Positions 43,165 through 54,550 are shown, counted from the first letter of the stretch. The stretch is 64,000 bases of DNA from an uncultured cyanobacterium (GCA_963740315.1 CAVUDP010000003.1:352001-416000); one strand, 5' to 3'. A program made the numbers and translations. The notes: generated from the sequence alone by a model not told the origin.

Positions 43165-44760
43165 ATGAATCAAATGTTGGAAAATCGCTATAAAATTATC
43201 AGAAAATTAGGTGATGGTGGATTTGGTCAAACTTTTGTAGCTGAAGATATCCATATGCCTTCTAATCGGCGTTGTGTAATTAAACAACTCAAGCCGATGA
43301 ATCAAGGTTCTGAGATTTATCAAATTGTTCAAAATAGATTTTTGCGGGAAGCTGCTATTTTGGAGCAGTTAGGAGGTGGTAGCAATCAAATTCCTACGCT
43401 GTATGCCCATTTTGAATCGAACGGGCAATTTTATCTGGTTCAAGAATATATTAAAGGCGAAACTCTTGCTGAAAAATTACGTTCTCAAGGTAAGTTTAGT
43501 TCGGATGTTGTCAAAGAAATTCTGTTAAAGATTTTACCTGTTTTAGAGTACGTTCATAATAAGGGGATAGTACATAGAGATATTAAACCAGATAATATTA
43601 TTATTCGGGATGCCGATAATTTACCCGTACTAATTGATTTTGGTGCGGTAAAAGAAACTATGCAGACTATAGTAGCTCAATCTGGTAGTATGACTAATTC
43701 TATGATGACAGAAAAACCCTCTATTGTGATTGGTACTCCTGGGTTTATGTCTTCAGAACAACTTTCGGGAAGACCAGTTTTTAACAGCGATTTATATGCT
43801 TTGGGCATGACTGCAATTTATTTACTGACTGGTAAAATGCCTCAAGAATTAGATAGCGATCCTCATACTGGAGAAGTTATTTGGAAAGAAGATTCAATTA
43901 ATATCGATCCAGAATTAGCTGCTGTATTAGATAAAGCAATTCAAAGTCATTTACGCGATCGCTTTTCGAGTGCGGATGAAATGCTGAATGCGTTACAGGT
44001 TGAAAAGATTGCTACGACTGTACTTGCACCTCCTGTACCTGCTGTAACTCCTGCACCTGCTGTTCCTTCAACAAACCAACAAAGCACGGTTGTTTCCGAT
44101 AGGGAAAACAAGACAACTTCTTCTATTGGTAAAAATGCAGCAGTGATAGTTGGTTTGATAAGTCTTTTGCTTTTAGGAGGAGTTGGAACTTTTGCTTACT
44201 CAATGATGAATGAACAAAAAGCAGTACAGTTAAGGCTAGAGAGTATAGAAGAACAACGTAAAAAAGCAGAGGAATTGCGACAAGAACAAAACGAAAAAAA
44301 CACGCAAAGAGAACAAGAGTTACAAAGTCAATTAGAAGCAGAAAAAAGACGTAGAGAAGAAGCAGAAAAGATAAGAAGAGAGAATATTGCTCGTCAAACT
44401 CAATCAAGCACAAATTCCAATTCCAATTCCAATTCCAATTCAAATTCAAGTTCCAATTCAAGTTCCAATTCCAATTCAAATTCGTTTCCTGAAGGTAGAT
44501 TTGCAAATAGTGAATGGTCTTTAAATTTATCTAGAAGAAATAATAATATCTTATATGAAGCTCAATCGCTGAAAGATTCATCATCTCTCAACTTAGAAAA
44601 TGGACGTATTTCTGGTAGTAGCGATCGCAGAATTTACACTTGGAATAATGGAGCATATAGATATCAGGTAGTTTGGCAACCAAATGACGCAGATTATGTT
44701 CGATTGCGAGTATTTACTCCTTCAGGGGAAGAGTTAAATCAACTTCTTTCTAGAAATTAA
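43165..44760 (+). CDS. Ser/Thr protein kinase with TM, coiled coil, Ser/Asn linker and extracytoplasmic domain
   Basis: GDGGFG, CVIKQL, HRDIKPDN, DFG and GTPGFM, with an (AATTCC)n tract at about 44413-44481. Confidence 0.93.
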   Translation: MNQMLENRYKIIRKLGDGGFGQTFVAEDIHMPSNRRCVIKQLKPMNQGSEIYQIVQNRFLREAAILEQLGGGSNQIPTLYAHFESNGQFYLVQEYIKGETLAEKLRSQGKFSSDVVKEILLKILPVLEYVHNKGIVHRDIKPDNIIIRDADNLPVLIDFGAVKETMQTIVAQSGSMTNSMMTEKPSIVIGTPGFMSSEQLSGRPVFNSDLYALGMTAIYLLTGKMPQELDSDPHTGEVIWKEDSINIDPELAAVLDKAIQSHLRDRFSSADEMLNALQVEKIATTVLAPPVPAVTPAPAVPSTNQQSTVVSDRENKTTSSIGKNAAVIVGLISLLLLGGVGTFAYSMMNEQKAVQLRLESIEEQRKKAEELRQEQNEKNTQREQELQSQLEAEKRRREEAEKIRRENIARQTQSSTNSNSNSNSNSNSSSNSSSNSNSNSFPEGRFANSEWSLNLSRRNNNILYEAQSLKDSSSLNLENGRISGSSDRRIYTWNNGAYRYQVVWQPNDADYVRLRVFTPSGEELNQLLSRN

Positions 44761-44871
44761 AATTTGACACTTACTATTAAACAAAGAAGACGTAGCAGTG
44801 CCACAAATAAATAAGACGTAGCAGTGCTACGTCTCTACATTAGTTGTTTATTAAATTCCAAAAATTTATAA

Positions 44872-45171
44872 TTATTCAAACGGTTCTTGGGTTTCCTGTT
44901 CTAGTAGCTTAGAAAACTTTTGTCGCAAGTCTTGTATTTTTTTGTTGCCTTTTGGTAGGGACATTAAACGAATTTCTATTTCTGCGATGTTGTCAATTCG
45001 AGTTGTCTTTTCCCAAATTTTTTTGTCTACTTCTGATTCCGATTCGTAACGGAAGGTAACTGTGTCTGAATTGACATCTAAAATATCTACGTTCTTTAGC
45101 CAGCCGTTACTGGTTTTCACCAATAACCAAACATTTTGCTGACCGATTAGTTCTTGAAGCTTAGTCTCCAT
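44872..45171 (-). CDS. Conserved cyanobacterial hypothetical protein
   Basis: 99-aa ORF containing VTFRYESE...WEKTTRIDNI. Confidence 0.7.
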   Translation of the reverse strand: METKLQELIGQQNVWLLVKTSNGWLKNVDILDVNSDTVTFRYESESEVDKKIWEKTTRIDNIAEIEIRLMSLPKGNKKIQDLRQKFSKLLEQETQEPFE

Positions 45172-45510
45172 ACAGGTTAAAGATAATAGTGTGAGATAGT
45201 CAGAATCTAATTTAAGTCTCTTTAACCTATCTTAAGATATATTTCTTAAGATGCAATATATTTATGAACATTTTTTGAAAATTAATCTTATAGATAGATG
45301 TGCGAGATGTGGTAACAAGGTTAATATAAAGGGCTATACATTTTATCTAGTTCAAATCAGCTTTTAGCCTTCCAATACTCTACTTTTGGACGAGCTTGGG
45401 GGGATGCCAATTAGAATTTTTTGTATTATCTTGCTTGTCAAGTACCTTGCTGTATTGATTGAAAACAGATACAGTAAATTTTTGTTAAGCGGGTTAAGCA
45501 AGGAGTAAAA

Positions 45511-46986
45511 ATGTACGTTGTACAAATTGCCTCTGAATGCGCTCCTGTCATTAAAGCTGGGGGTTTGGGGGATGTTGTTTATGGACTTAGTACGGAATTA
45601 GAAAGCCGGGGCAATTGCGTAGAGTTGATTTTGCCTAAGTATGATTGTATGCGATACGACCATATTTGGGGTCTTCATAATGCGTATAAAGACTTATGGG
45701 TTCCCTGGTTTGGCGGTGCTATTCACTGCTCGGTTTATTGCGGTTGGGTACATGGAAGGGTTTGTTTCTTTATCGAACCTCATTCTCAAGATAATTACTT
45801 CAATCGCGGTTGCTATTACGGTTGTAATGATGACAATATGCGCTTTGCGTTTTTCAGTAGAGCAGCCTTAGAATTTTTATTGCAAAGTAATAAGCGCCCG
45901 GATATTATTCACTGTCATGATTGGCAAACTGGTTTAATCCCAGTGATGCTGTATGAGATTTACAAATATCATGGAATGGCAAATCAGCGAGTTTGCTACA
46001 CCATTCATAATTTCAAGCATCAAGGAATGGGTGGTGCGGAAGTACTGCAAGCTACTGGTTTAAATCGCCAACCTTATTACTTCCAATACGATAAATTGCG
46101 GGATAATTTTAATCCCTTTGCGATCAACTTTATGAAAGGGGGGATTGTTTATTCTAATAGCGTAACTACCGTGTCTCCCCATCACGCTTGGGAAGCGCAT
46201 CATACAGATGTAGGTTGCGGCTTGAGTCATACCTTGCATTTGTATCAAGATAAGTTTCGCGGAATACTCAATGGTATCGATGATAACTTTTGGAACCCGC
46301 AAGATGACCGACATATTCCCGAACATTACAGTATAGATAACATTGATGCAAAAGCCAAAAATAAAAAAGCATTACGGGAAAGGCTGTTGCTGCGGGATGT
46401 TGATAAACCAATAGTGGCTTATATCGGTCGATTGGATGGTCAAAAAGGCGTTGAGTTGGTACATCATTCGATTTATCATGCTCTGTATAAAGATGCACAA
46501 TATGTACTGTTAGGTTCGGCGACGGGGGCTGAAATTAACGCTAAATTCCAGCACGAGAAGAATTTCTTAAATGATAATCCCGACGTTCATTTAGAACTTG
46601 GTTTCAACGAGGAATTAGCCCATTTGATTTATGCGGGGGCAGATATGATTGTGGTTCCCAGTAACTACGAACCCTGTGGACTTACGCAGATGATTGGTTT
46701 AAAATATGGCACCGTGCCGATTGTGCGGGCAGTTGGTGGGTTAGTTAATACTGTTTTCGATCGCGATTACGACTCGGATAAGCCAGCCGAGAAGCGTAAC
46801 GGTTACGTATTCAACAATATGGATTATCATGCTGTAGAGTTTGCAATGGAGCGGGCTTTGTGGTTGTGGCATAACGAGAAAGATGAATACCGGATGCTTG
46901 TCAAACAAGGTATGGATTATGACTATTCTTGGAATAATCCAGCGAGTGATTATTTAGGGATTTACGAGTCGATTCGAGAGAAGTGA
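45511..46986 (+). CDS. glgA: Glycogen synthase
   Basis: KAGGLGDV, HCHDWQT, PSNYEPCGL and SD AAGGAG. Confidence 0.96.
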   Translation: MYVVQIASECAPVIKAGGLGDVVYGLSTELESRGNCVELILPKYDCMRYDHIWGLHNAYKDLWVPWFGGAIHCSVYCGWVHGRVCFFIEPHSQDNYFNRGCYYGCNDDNMRFAFFSRAALEFLLQSNKRPDIIHCHDWQTGLIPVMLYEIYKYHGMANQRVCYTIHNFKHQGMGGAEVLQATGLNRQPYYFQYDKLRDNFNPFAINFMKGGIVYSNSVTTVSPHHAWEAHHTDVGCGLSHTLHLYQDKFRGILNGIDDNFWNPQDDRHIPEHYSIDNIDAKAKNKKALRERLLLRDVDKPIVAYIGRLDGQKGVELVHHSIYHALYKDAQYVLLGSATGAEINAKFQHEKNFLNDNPDVHLELGFNEELAHLIYAGADMIVVPSNYEPCGLTQMIGLKYGTVPIVRAVGGLVNTVFDRDYDSDKPAEKRNGYVFNNMDYHAVEFAMERALWLWHNEKDEYRMLVKQGMDYDYSWNNPASDYLGIYESIREK

Positions 46987-47075
46987 TTCAACTTTGGATT
47001 TTGGATTTTGGATTGTAAAAGGCTTTTATCTCAATACTTTCCAAAATCTATCTGTTGCATTCATTTTTATTAATT

Positions 47076-47103
47076 ACGCGCTCTTCGGAGGGCGTTTTTT
47101 TTG
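47076..47103 (+). terminator. Rho-independent terminator of glgA
   Basis: ACGCGCTC-TTCG-GAGGGCGT followed by a T-tract. Confidence 0.75.
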
Positions 47104-47193
47104 TTTGCGAGCAAGGTAATTTGGGTAGTTAAACCAATGACGTGGGTTGTTTGATGTATTTAAAGTTAGAATAAATCACTTTTGTTATCAAAA

Positions 47194-47945
47194 ATGCGGA
47201 TAATTTTTTCAAAATCAACTTCTTTTAAATTCGTTTTTTCTCAATTAGCAGCAACTTTGATGTCTTTTTCACTACTACCATTAGCTACAAGTTGCACTTG
47301 GATACAGCAATCTGAGGGAATAGAGGCTAATACTTATGATTTGCAAAGCAAACAACAGCAAAATCAACTAAAAGAATCTAAAGTTTCTCAGTTAATTGGA
47401 GTATTAGAGCAAAAATATAGACTATTTGAACTTGAAGATTCTCCTGAAGCGAAAGCTGCAAGTCAAGAATTAGTAAAAATTGGTAAACCTGCGGTTCCAC
47501 AATTAATCAACGCATTGAGAAAAAATAGAGTATTTCTTACTTTGGGTGTCGCTGAAACGCTCTCGACAATCGCTCAAAAAAAGATGCTGCATCAGTCGTA
47601 CCCTTACTTATTAATACAGTCGAAGATAACCAAAGTACAAAACAGCTAGCTGTGAGTAGTGCGATCGCTTTAGATAAAATTGATTCTCAAGCTTTGATTC
47701 CTGCTTTAGTCAAAATGTTGCCGGATAAAAAAATGGAAGTTCCTTCGGCAGTTATGTTGAGTAGTATCGCATCTAAAATGAAAGAAAATAAAGGCAATTT
47801 TTCTAATGCCCAATTAGCAACAGCAGTTTCTGAATTTGAAACTGCTTTAAAAATTATGGATGATTTTCAAAATGAGGAGATTCCGAAGGATAAAATTGAA
47901 TTGTTGCGGGATTCGGTAGCAGTTTTGAAAAGTTCAACGAAATAA
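47194..47945 (+). CDS. HEAT-repeat lipoprotein, split by a frameshift in an A7 run at 47576-47582
   Basis: LATSC lipobox and LVKIGKPAVPQLINAL. Adding one A joins the ORFs via DAASVVPLLINTV...AVSSAIALDKI. Confidence 0.75.
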
Positions 47946-48005
47946 ATAATAGAAGGTTCGTAGTAAGAGTTTTAACTCTTAAATTAAAAGATTAATATCA
48001 GGTTT

Positions 48006-48039
48006 TGGTGCGTTAGACTGAAGTCATAACGCACCCTAC
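48006..48039 (-). repeat. REP-like element (GGTGCGTTA...TAACGCACCCTAC)
   Basis: Palindrome followed by CTAC. Relatives at 50070-50102 and 61153-61220. Confidence 0.75.
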
Positions 48040-48043
48040 GATA

Positions 48044-48844
48044 TTATTTAATTGCGGTGGTTAATTCATAAGTAGCATTACCACGAGTACCACCGACTAC
48101 AATTTGATAATCTCCATTTTTAGGAAGTTTTGCACTCCAATTTGTTGCTTCTTGCTGCAAAGTTTTACCATCGGGAGAAACTACATCAAATACAGCGTTG
48201 TCTTCCAAAGAAGTGATTCTCAAATTCATTTGCTGTCCTTTACTCGCACCAAGTAAATAAGTATCGCGGGTTCCTCTGATAACAGAATTTTTAATAGTTT
48301 TGGAAGTAGCACCTCGATCGAATTTTACTCTTACTGGTTCAATCGCAGAATTATCCTGTCCTAAAGTTGCACAATCAACTCTTTTAAAAGTTTCTCTATC
48401 GGTGTTTAAAGTTGATTCTGTAATTGTCCAGGTTTCTTGGGTATTTTGAGTATCTAATTCAATTTTCGTCACAATATTAAGCTTTGCTTGATTACCTTCT
48501 AAAGTTCCTTTCAAAGTTTGATTGTAAGAACTATAGTAAGCTTGAGCGTCGTTTTGAATTGTAGCTTTAACAGTACCGTTAACTTGATTTGATGGGTTGA
48601 TAGTTATTTGTGCATCTGCATCCAGAGTTTTGCTTTTTGCAGTATAGCAATAGGTTCCGGGGGCTAGTTTTTGAGTCGTTGGAGATGTTTGATTAACAGG
48701 ATTTTCTGTAGTCGTTGGGGATGATTGAGAAATTGAAGTTTCAACCGGAGCAATAGTCTCAGAATTAGAGTTGTTTTCTCCGCAACCTGTTAGATATAAT
48801 AGCGTAATTAAAATTCCACCATAAATTAATAGTTGATTTTTCAT
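48044..48844 (-). CDS. Lipoprotein with C-terminal PPC-like beta domain
   Basis: LTGC lipobox and RVKFDRGATS...YLLGASKGQ...LPKNGDYQIVV. Confidence 0.8.
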   Translation of the reverse strand: MKNQLLIYGGILITLLYLTGCGENNSNSETIAPVETSISQSSPTTTENPVNQTSPTTQKLAPGTYCYTAKSKTLDADAQITINPSNQVNGTVKATIQNDAQAYYSSYNQTLKGTLEGNQAKLNIVTKIELDTQNTQETWTITESTLNTDRETFKRVDCATLGQDNSAIEPVRVKFDRGATSKTIKNSVIRGTRDTYLLGASKGQQMNLRITSLEDNAVFDVVSPDGKTLQQEATNWSAKLPKNGDYQIVVGGTRGNATYELTTAIK

Positions 48845-49102
48845 TCTCTAAAATTTATTTCCGCTTTGATATTAAGGAATAGAACTAGTCGATTGTAGAT
48901 GATTCAGAATAATTTTAAAGTTATCCGTAAAAAATATATCTTTTTAAAATTAACAGGTGTCACATTGCTAGTCATCCGTAAAAATTAGGATGCTCCCAAA
49001 TAAGAATGAGATAATATATATTTTAATAAATAAAATGATTGCAATTCATGTAGGATTATATAGTGAAGGCTGTCTTTTCTCTTTTAGCTAATTTATAAAA
49101 AA

Positions 49103-50032
49103 ATGTCAGAGAAGCGATCGGTTAATCAAGAAATATTATTAAAGCCCGGTACCTTATCGACGAGGGTTAAAGAACAAACTCAACACGGGCTTGAATGTGG
49201 TGCTTTGCAATCGATATCTACCGATTATGAGTTTGTAGAAGAAAATGGAGTTAATTTCTTAGTAAGAGTTTTATCTAATTTAGTCAGCAAAGACGAAGCG
49301 AAAAAAAAGCAGGATAAAGCTGCTAAGAAAGGTAAAGATTTCAATCCTTTTCTCCCTTATGAAGAAGATTTGTTTGTTGCTGACATTTCCCCTACACATT
49401 TATGTTTGTTGAATAAATTTAATGTTGTCGATAATCACCTGTTAATTGTGACTCGTGAATTTGAGGAACAAGAAAGTTTGCTTAATTGGCAAGATTTTCA
49501 AGCGATGTGGGCTTGTTTGGCGGAAATTGATGGTTTAGCATTTTATAACGGTGGAAAAATTGCTGGTGCTTCTCAACGACACAAGCATTTACAACTTGTT
49601 CCTACTCCTCTGGCACCCAATCAAAAAGAATCGATTCCGATTGCACCAATATTTGCATCTGCTGTATTTAATGGTGATGTGGGAAGGGTACCGGATTTAC
49701 CTTTTGTTCACGGTTTTTGTCGGTTTGATTCTGATATAATTTCTGCAAATGATGCTGCTCAAATTACGCTTGAACTTTACTATAAGTTGCTTAAAGCTGT
49801 TGATTTGTTGAATGAAGATACAGGGAATAATTCTTCTATAGCTTATAACTTTTTAGCAACAAGAGAATGGATGTTTATTGTATCGCGATCGCAAGAACAT
49901 TTTGAGTCTATTTCTGTTAATTCTTTGGGGTTTGCTGGTGCTTTGTTGGTGAGAAATCAGCAGCAAATGCAGATGTTGAAGGATTATAAACCAATGGGAA
50001 TTTTAAAGCAGGTTGGGGTGAGTTATAGTTGA
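49103..50032 (+). CDS. ATP adenylyltransferase / Ap4A phosphorylase
   Basis: FNPFLPYE, LNKFNV, GASQRHKHLQ (HxHxQ) and NSLGFAG. Confidence 0.9.
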   Translation: MSEKRSVNQEILLKPGTLSTRVKEQTQHGLECGALQSISTDYEFVEENGVNFLVRVLSNLVSKDEAKKKQDKAAKKGKDFNPFLPYEEDLFVADISPTHLCLLNKFNVVDNHLLIVTREFEEQESLLNWQDFQAMWACLAEIDGLAFYNGGKIAGASQRHKHLQLVPTPLAPNQKESIPIAPIFASAVFNGDVGRVPDLPFVHGFCRFDSDIISANDAAQITLELYYKLLKAVDLLNEDTGNNSSIAYNFLATREWMFIVSRSQEHFESISVNSLGFAGALLVRNQQQMQMLKDYKPMGILKQVGVSYS

Positions 50033-50214
50033 TTAGTGATTTATAAAAATGTATTTGATTGTTTCTTGCGGTGCGTTAGGCACAAGCCATAACGCACCCT
50101 ACAAATTTACATATGACTTGCACGCAAGAAATTTTTAAGTTATCTGAAATCAAATCAATTTTAAACCTCATATGATGATAATCTAATCTTACGAGCGCTA
50201 AGTAATTTACATCA

Positions 50215-50682
50215 ATGCTTCAAACATCAGATAGTTCCCCTATATCAGATTCGGCTAAACAACAACGGGCACCTTACAGTATTGACTATAAAATTAAGCT
50301 ACTAGCACAATTATTATCGCGCAGGTTTAACGAACATCTCGAACATTTGAAGTTAACTCCTTTTCATTGGATAGTGTTGTGCTGTTTGTGGGAAGAGGAT
50401 GGTTTACCTACTTCTAGTATTGGCGAGAAACTTAAACAAGTTGGCGGTACTTTAACTGGTGTTATCGATCGCATGGAAGAAAGAGGTTTGGTGCGTCGCG
50501 AACGAAATATGCAGGATAGAAGGGTTTGGCGGATATGGTTGACTGATGCAGGTAAGGAACTCGAAACTGTTTTACCACCCATTATTGAGGAAATTCGCCA
50601 GCAAGCTATGCAGGATTTTTCAGATAGCGATCGCCAACTTTTTTCGCAGTTATTAAATAAAGCGGTTGCTAATTTATCTTAA
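50215..50682 (+). CDS. MarR family transcriptional regulator
   Basis: TLTGVIDRMEERGLVRRER...DRRVWRIWLT. Confidence 0.93.
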   Translation: MLQTSDSSPISDSAKQQRAPYSIDYKIKLLAQLLSRRFNEHLEHLKLTPFHWIVLCCLWEEDGLPTSSIGEKLKQVGGTLTGVIDRMEERGLVRRERNMQDRRVWRIWLTDAGKELETVLPPIIEEIRQQAMQDFSDSDRQLFSQLLNKAVANLS

Positions 50683-50702
50683 TTGTATATCTCACTACAT
50701 TT

Positions 50703-51387
50703 TTAAGATTTTGAACTAAACAATATTTCTTCAACGGTATTAATTTGCTGTTGAGTAAAGGCTGCTTTTTTAAGATGATTTAGAAAATAAATTTGAGTAT
50801 ATCTGGCATCTAGGTTAATAGCTTGACGATAAACTTGTTGAGCAAAAATTTTATTATCACTATCCCAATAAGATATTGCCGCAGCAACTAAAGGATGAGG
50901 ATTATTTGGTTCTAAGTTAACAGCACGGCTAGCGGTTGTTATAGCTAATGGATAAATTTAAAGTTGATGTAATGCTAAACTCAAATTATAAAAAGCAATT
51001 TCGTTATCTGGTTTGAGAAATGCAGCCCAACTGTGAACTATTACTGCTGCTGGTAAATTTCCATCGACTAAATAAACGATTCCTAAAGCATTGTAAGCAG
51101 GAATAAAATCAGGTTTTTGATATATGGCTTGCCACAAAGTTTGTGCGGCTTTTTGTTTACCAGCTAAATGCAAAGTCCAACCTAAATTAACTCTTCCAGG
51201 AATATTTTCTGGTTCTAATTCTACAGATTTTTCCATTGCTGTTATGGCTTGATTATATCTTCCCTGTTGGCGGTATTGAAGTCCTAATATTCGATATTCA
51301 CTGGCAGATTTTCTGGCTAAAGCTGGTTGTACTATTAAACAAGTCGATGTAAGTACGGTTACGGATAATTATTTTGACAGCAATCAT
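50703..51387 (-). pseudogene. TPR protein with in-frame stop at 50958-50960 and a frameshift near the 5' end
   Basis: The frame of ORF 50958-51236 continues upstream (ASEYRILGLQYRQQGRYNQAI) and past the TAA (IYPLAITTASRAVNLEPNNPHP...) to a stop at 50703. Confidence 0.75.
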
Positions 51388-51509
51388 AAAAGCTATATAA
51401 ATTAATATTTACTTGTTATTGATAATCGCTCATTTGTTCGTTTGTCGAGTACAGTGAGATACTCTTAAGAATGATATTTATATTTTTAGTTTTGATTTAA
51501 TACTTATAT

Positions 51510-52268
51510 ATGATTGATTTAAGCGGAAAGGTAATTTTAATCACTGGCGGTTCATCCGGGATTGGTGCGGTAACGGTAAAAGTTTTAGCAAAAGCTGGTG
51601 CTGAAGTAATTTTGCATTATGGGAATAATTTAGAAAAAGCACGAGCAATTGTAGAAAGTATTGGCAGTAATAGTATTCATTTATTACAAGCGGATTTATC
51701 CGTAGAAAATGCATCTGTAAAATTATGGCGAGATGCTTTATCTTTTACCGGACATATTGATGTTTTAATTAATAATGCCGGAATAATGCGATCGGCAGGA
51801 ATAGAATCCGAACTTGATATTTGGACGGCAGTTTGGAAAAATACTTTACAGGTAAATCTGATCGCTGTAGCTGATTTATGTAGGGAAGCTATTCCACATT
51901 TTAAAAGTCGTAACGGTGGCATAATTGTTAATATCGCCAGTCGTGCAGCATTTCGAGGTGATACCCCAGAATATATGCATTACGCTGCTTCTAAAGGTGG
52001 TGTTGTTGCCTTAACTCGGAGTATTGCCAGAGGTTTTGGAAGTGATGGTATTTTAGCTTATGCTGTGGCTCCGGGTTTTGTTCGTACCGAGAAAACTGAG
52101 GAATTTATTCAAGATTACGGTGAAGATTTCGTAACTAAAGATATTCCATTGGGGAAGATAGCACCTCCCGAAGATGTGGCGAATGTGATTGCTTTTTTAG
52201 CGTCGGGTTTAGCACCTCACGCTACAGGTACAACTATTGATATAAATGGTGCTTCTTACGTGCGTTGA
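51510..52268 (+). CDS. SDR family oxidoreductase
   Basis: TGGSSGIG, NNAG and YAASK. Confidence 0.94.
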   Translation: MIDLSGKVILITGGSSGIGAVTVKVLAKAGAEVILHYGNNLEKARAIVESIGSNSIHLLQADLSVENASVKLWRDALSFTGHIDVLINNAGIMRSAGIESELDIWTAVWKNTLQVNLIAVADLCREAIPHFKSRNGGIIVNIASRAAFRGDTPEYMHYAASKGGVVALTRSIARGFGSDGILAYAVAPGFVRTEKTEEFIQDYGEDFVTKDIPLGKIAPPEDVANVIAFLASGLAPHATGTTIDINGASYVR

Positions 52269-52442
52269 GATATATTTTTGAGTTAAAGGAAATAGGGCAA
52301 GAGAACTGCAAGCGAGCAAGATGCTCGCACTACAATTTTACATATTACTAATACCATTTCTGTATAAAGATGCGTTTGATCTAGCCTACTTAGGTAGGCT
52401 TTGTAGTATTAGCCCGTCGGCTCCTTCTAGGCTGAGGGTATT

Positions 52443-53195
52443 TTATTCCAACATTTCTAGATCAATTCCTAATTCTTGAACTTGTTGGGGAGAAAGATTA
52501 CGCAATTTATCTACAAGCCTTTCTCGTTTGTGTCGTTCAATTTTTGCTCTTTCATCACCTGTTAATAATAAATTACCTTCCGCATCCCACCAACGCAACC
52601 AAGGTAATTCGGCATTTTGATATAATCCTTGCCAAATTCCTAATTCTACTTTCATCGGTGCAATTGGGTAATGTCCGCGATCGTTAGGTGCAAGTATTTG
52701 ATAAGTATTATCTACTAAATGAAAAACTTCAACTTGTTCTTTTACAACTTCATAAATTGCGTAATAAGGAACGCGAATTGCTTGCTCGTAAACCCAAAAC
52801 TTGCCAATACCTTCTTCTTGAGATGGTGGGGTTTTATCTCGTTCCTCGCTACCGTCTCCCGATACAAATTCAATTACAATTAATGGCGCAATATATTCTT
52901 TCCACAATACATAGGAACGTCGTGTTTTGCCATCAAGAGTCGGTGGTACATTAGGAACATAAAACCAATCCGGTGCTTCCGCGCCTTTTTCTAGTGGTTC
53001 AGTTAAGCCCCAATAAATACCTAAATCTTGTCCGATACAAAAGTTACTGTTAGGATGCAATTGTTCTAAGATTGGCTCAATTGAATCTGTGAGTAAGATA
53101 CTTTGAGGATGTTCTTGCCAATTCTTCACAAAACTTCCGTCAGATTCGGGTAACTGGGTATGGTCTGGTAAAGTGAGTGATGACAGAGTAGTCAT
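52443..53195 (-). CDS. Uma2 family endonuclease
   Basis: LPDHTQLPESDG, APDWFYVP and PLIVIEFVS. Confidence 0.92.
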   Translation of the reverse strand: MTTLSSLTLPDHTQLPESDGSFVKNWQEHPQSILLTDSIEPILEQLHPNSNFCIGQDLGIYWGLTEPLEKGAEAPDWFYVPNVPPTLDGKTRRSYVLWKEYIAPLIVIEFVSGDGSEERDKTPPSQEEGIGKFWVYEQAIRVPYYAIYEVVKEQVEVFHLVDNTYQILAPNDRGHYPIAPMKVELGIWQGLYQNAELPWLRWWDAEGNLLLTGDERAKIERHKRERLVDKLRNLSPQQVQELGIDLEMLE

Positions 53196-53319
53196 AGCTG
53201 GAAATGGAAGAGATATCTAATATTGTAATGCTTGTAAGTAAATCAAAACTACAACATAGTTCATCTATATTATTCATATATTATATTATAGAAAAACATT
53301 ACTTTAAGAAATCTATCTA

Positions 53320-53634
53320 TTAATCTTTAGCTACTAAAGCAATGCGATAACCTAATGCATCTAATAATTCAACTAAAGTATAAATTTCACTACTGTGAGT
53401 TTTTAAAATAATTTTTTCAAGCCGCTCATAACAATTTTTAGCTTCTTCCGAAAGATTATTTGACAACATTCGTGCATCAATCACATCTTTGAGTGCGGAA
53501 TGTAATAATTCAGGTTCGGGTTGTTTTTCTTCCAATATTGCCTCAATATAACCAGCAGCTCTTTCAGGATTTTTTAAAGATTCTATCAGTGCATTATGCC
53601 AACTATCACTTGTAGGAGTTTTCACGTTTTTCAT
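53320..53634 (-). CDS. HigA-like addiction-module antitoxin (A0)
   Basis: LIESLKNPERAAGYIEA...LLDALGYRI. Overlaps the 3' end of the toxin. Confidence 0.8.
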   Translation of the reverse strand: MKNVKTPTSDSWHNALIESLKNPERAAGYIEAILEEKQPEPELLHSALKDVIDARMLSNNLSEEAKNCYERLEKIILKTHSSEIYTLVELLDALGYRIALVAKD

Positions 53635-53947
53635 AATCTTTCCAATATTCTTTAGCTTTAGTTATATCTTCTGCTTGTGTGCTTTTATCTCCGCCACAAA
53701 GTAAAATTACAATTGTTGTTCCTATCTGTCCAAAATATATTCGGTAGCCAGCACCATAATCTATTCTAAGTTCACATACTCCTTCGCCAACGCTGCGATA
53801 GTCTCCCAGATTGCCAAGAGCTACTCGTTTAATTCTAGTATTGATTTTTGATATAGCTCTATTATCCCGTAAAGAATCGAGCCACTCGGCGAAAGGAATG
53901 CCATCTACTGTACTATAACGTTTAATTTCTCTCGGTTGCGCTTCCAC
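53606..53947 (-). CDS. RelE/HigB-like addiction-module toxin (T0)
   Basis: PFAEWLDSLRD...GNLGDYRSVGEGVCELRIDYGAGYRIYF...LLCGGDKSTQ. Confidence 0.92.
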   Translation of the reverse strand: MEAQPREIKRYSTVDGIPFAEWLDSLRDNRAISKINTRIKRVALGNLGDYRSVGEGVCELRIDYGAGYRIYFGQIGTTIVILLCGGDKSTQAEDITKAKEYWKDYEKRENSYK

Positions 53948-54061
53948 TTTTCAATTGTAAATACTTCATGGCTTACTCTACCACTTGCAGTAACCCTGTA
54001 AAATGTATTGTTTAGATTAAAAATTAATCCCTGTTATTCTTAATTGCACTTCCGCAAAAAG

Positions 54062-54550
54062 TTACTCTTCCACAGTCTCAATAAACTTTGAATTAAACTT
54101 GATTTTCTTAGCTCTATACCAAAAATCATTTACTTCATTCCAAAGAGTTCCGCGATTTGATATATTAATGGGAAAATCTGTAGAAATGCTCGCCATAGAA
54201 CCTAAATCTTCACCATTTGCAGAAACAAGATAACCAGTTTCTTCTTTTTCATCAATTCCCACAATGTAAGTAGGTGCGGGATATAATGACAACCCATCTA
54301 TGGATTCTTTAAACAATTTAACTTTTAAACGATTATCTTTTTTCGTATATCCTGTTTTTGTACTTTTCAACTGCACGTAACAAAAGGGAAGAAACTCTTT
54401 TTGTCCGATTAATTCTACAATACAATCTACGTGAGGCAATATATCATCGTCTAAAAATCGAATATTAAAAATTGCTCCATCATCCGAATGAGCTTCCGTC
54501 ATTAAAGCCACGAAAATATCTTTTACTGATTGTTCTAATTCATTCGCCAT
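54062..54550 (-). CDS. DUF4365-like PD-(D/E)XK nuclease
   Basis: VDCIVEL...YVQLKST pattern (D...QxK). SD GAGGAG precedes MANEL at 54550. Confidence 0.7.
   Translation of the reverse strand: MANELEQSVKDIFVALMTEAHSDDGAIFNIRFLDDDILPHVDCIVELIGQKEFLPFCYVQLKSTKTGYTKKDNRLKVKLFKESIDGLSLYPAPTYIVGIDEKEETGYLVSANGEDLGSMASISTDFPINISNRGTLWNEVNDFWYRAKKIKFNSKFIETVEE

Noticed and set aside
44123..44506. Minus-strand ORF with NWNWNL repeats
   Set aside because: It is antisense to the kinase Ser/Asn linker.
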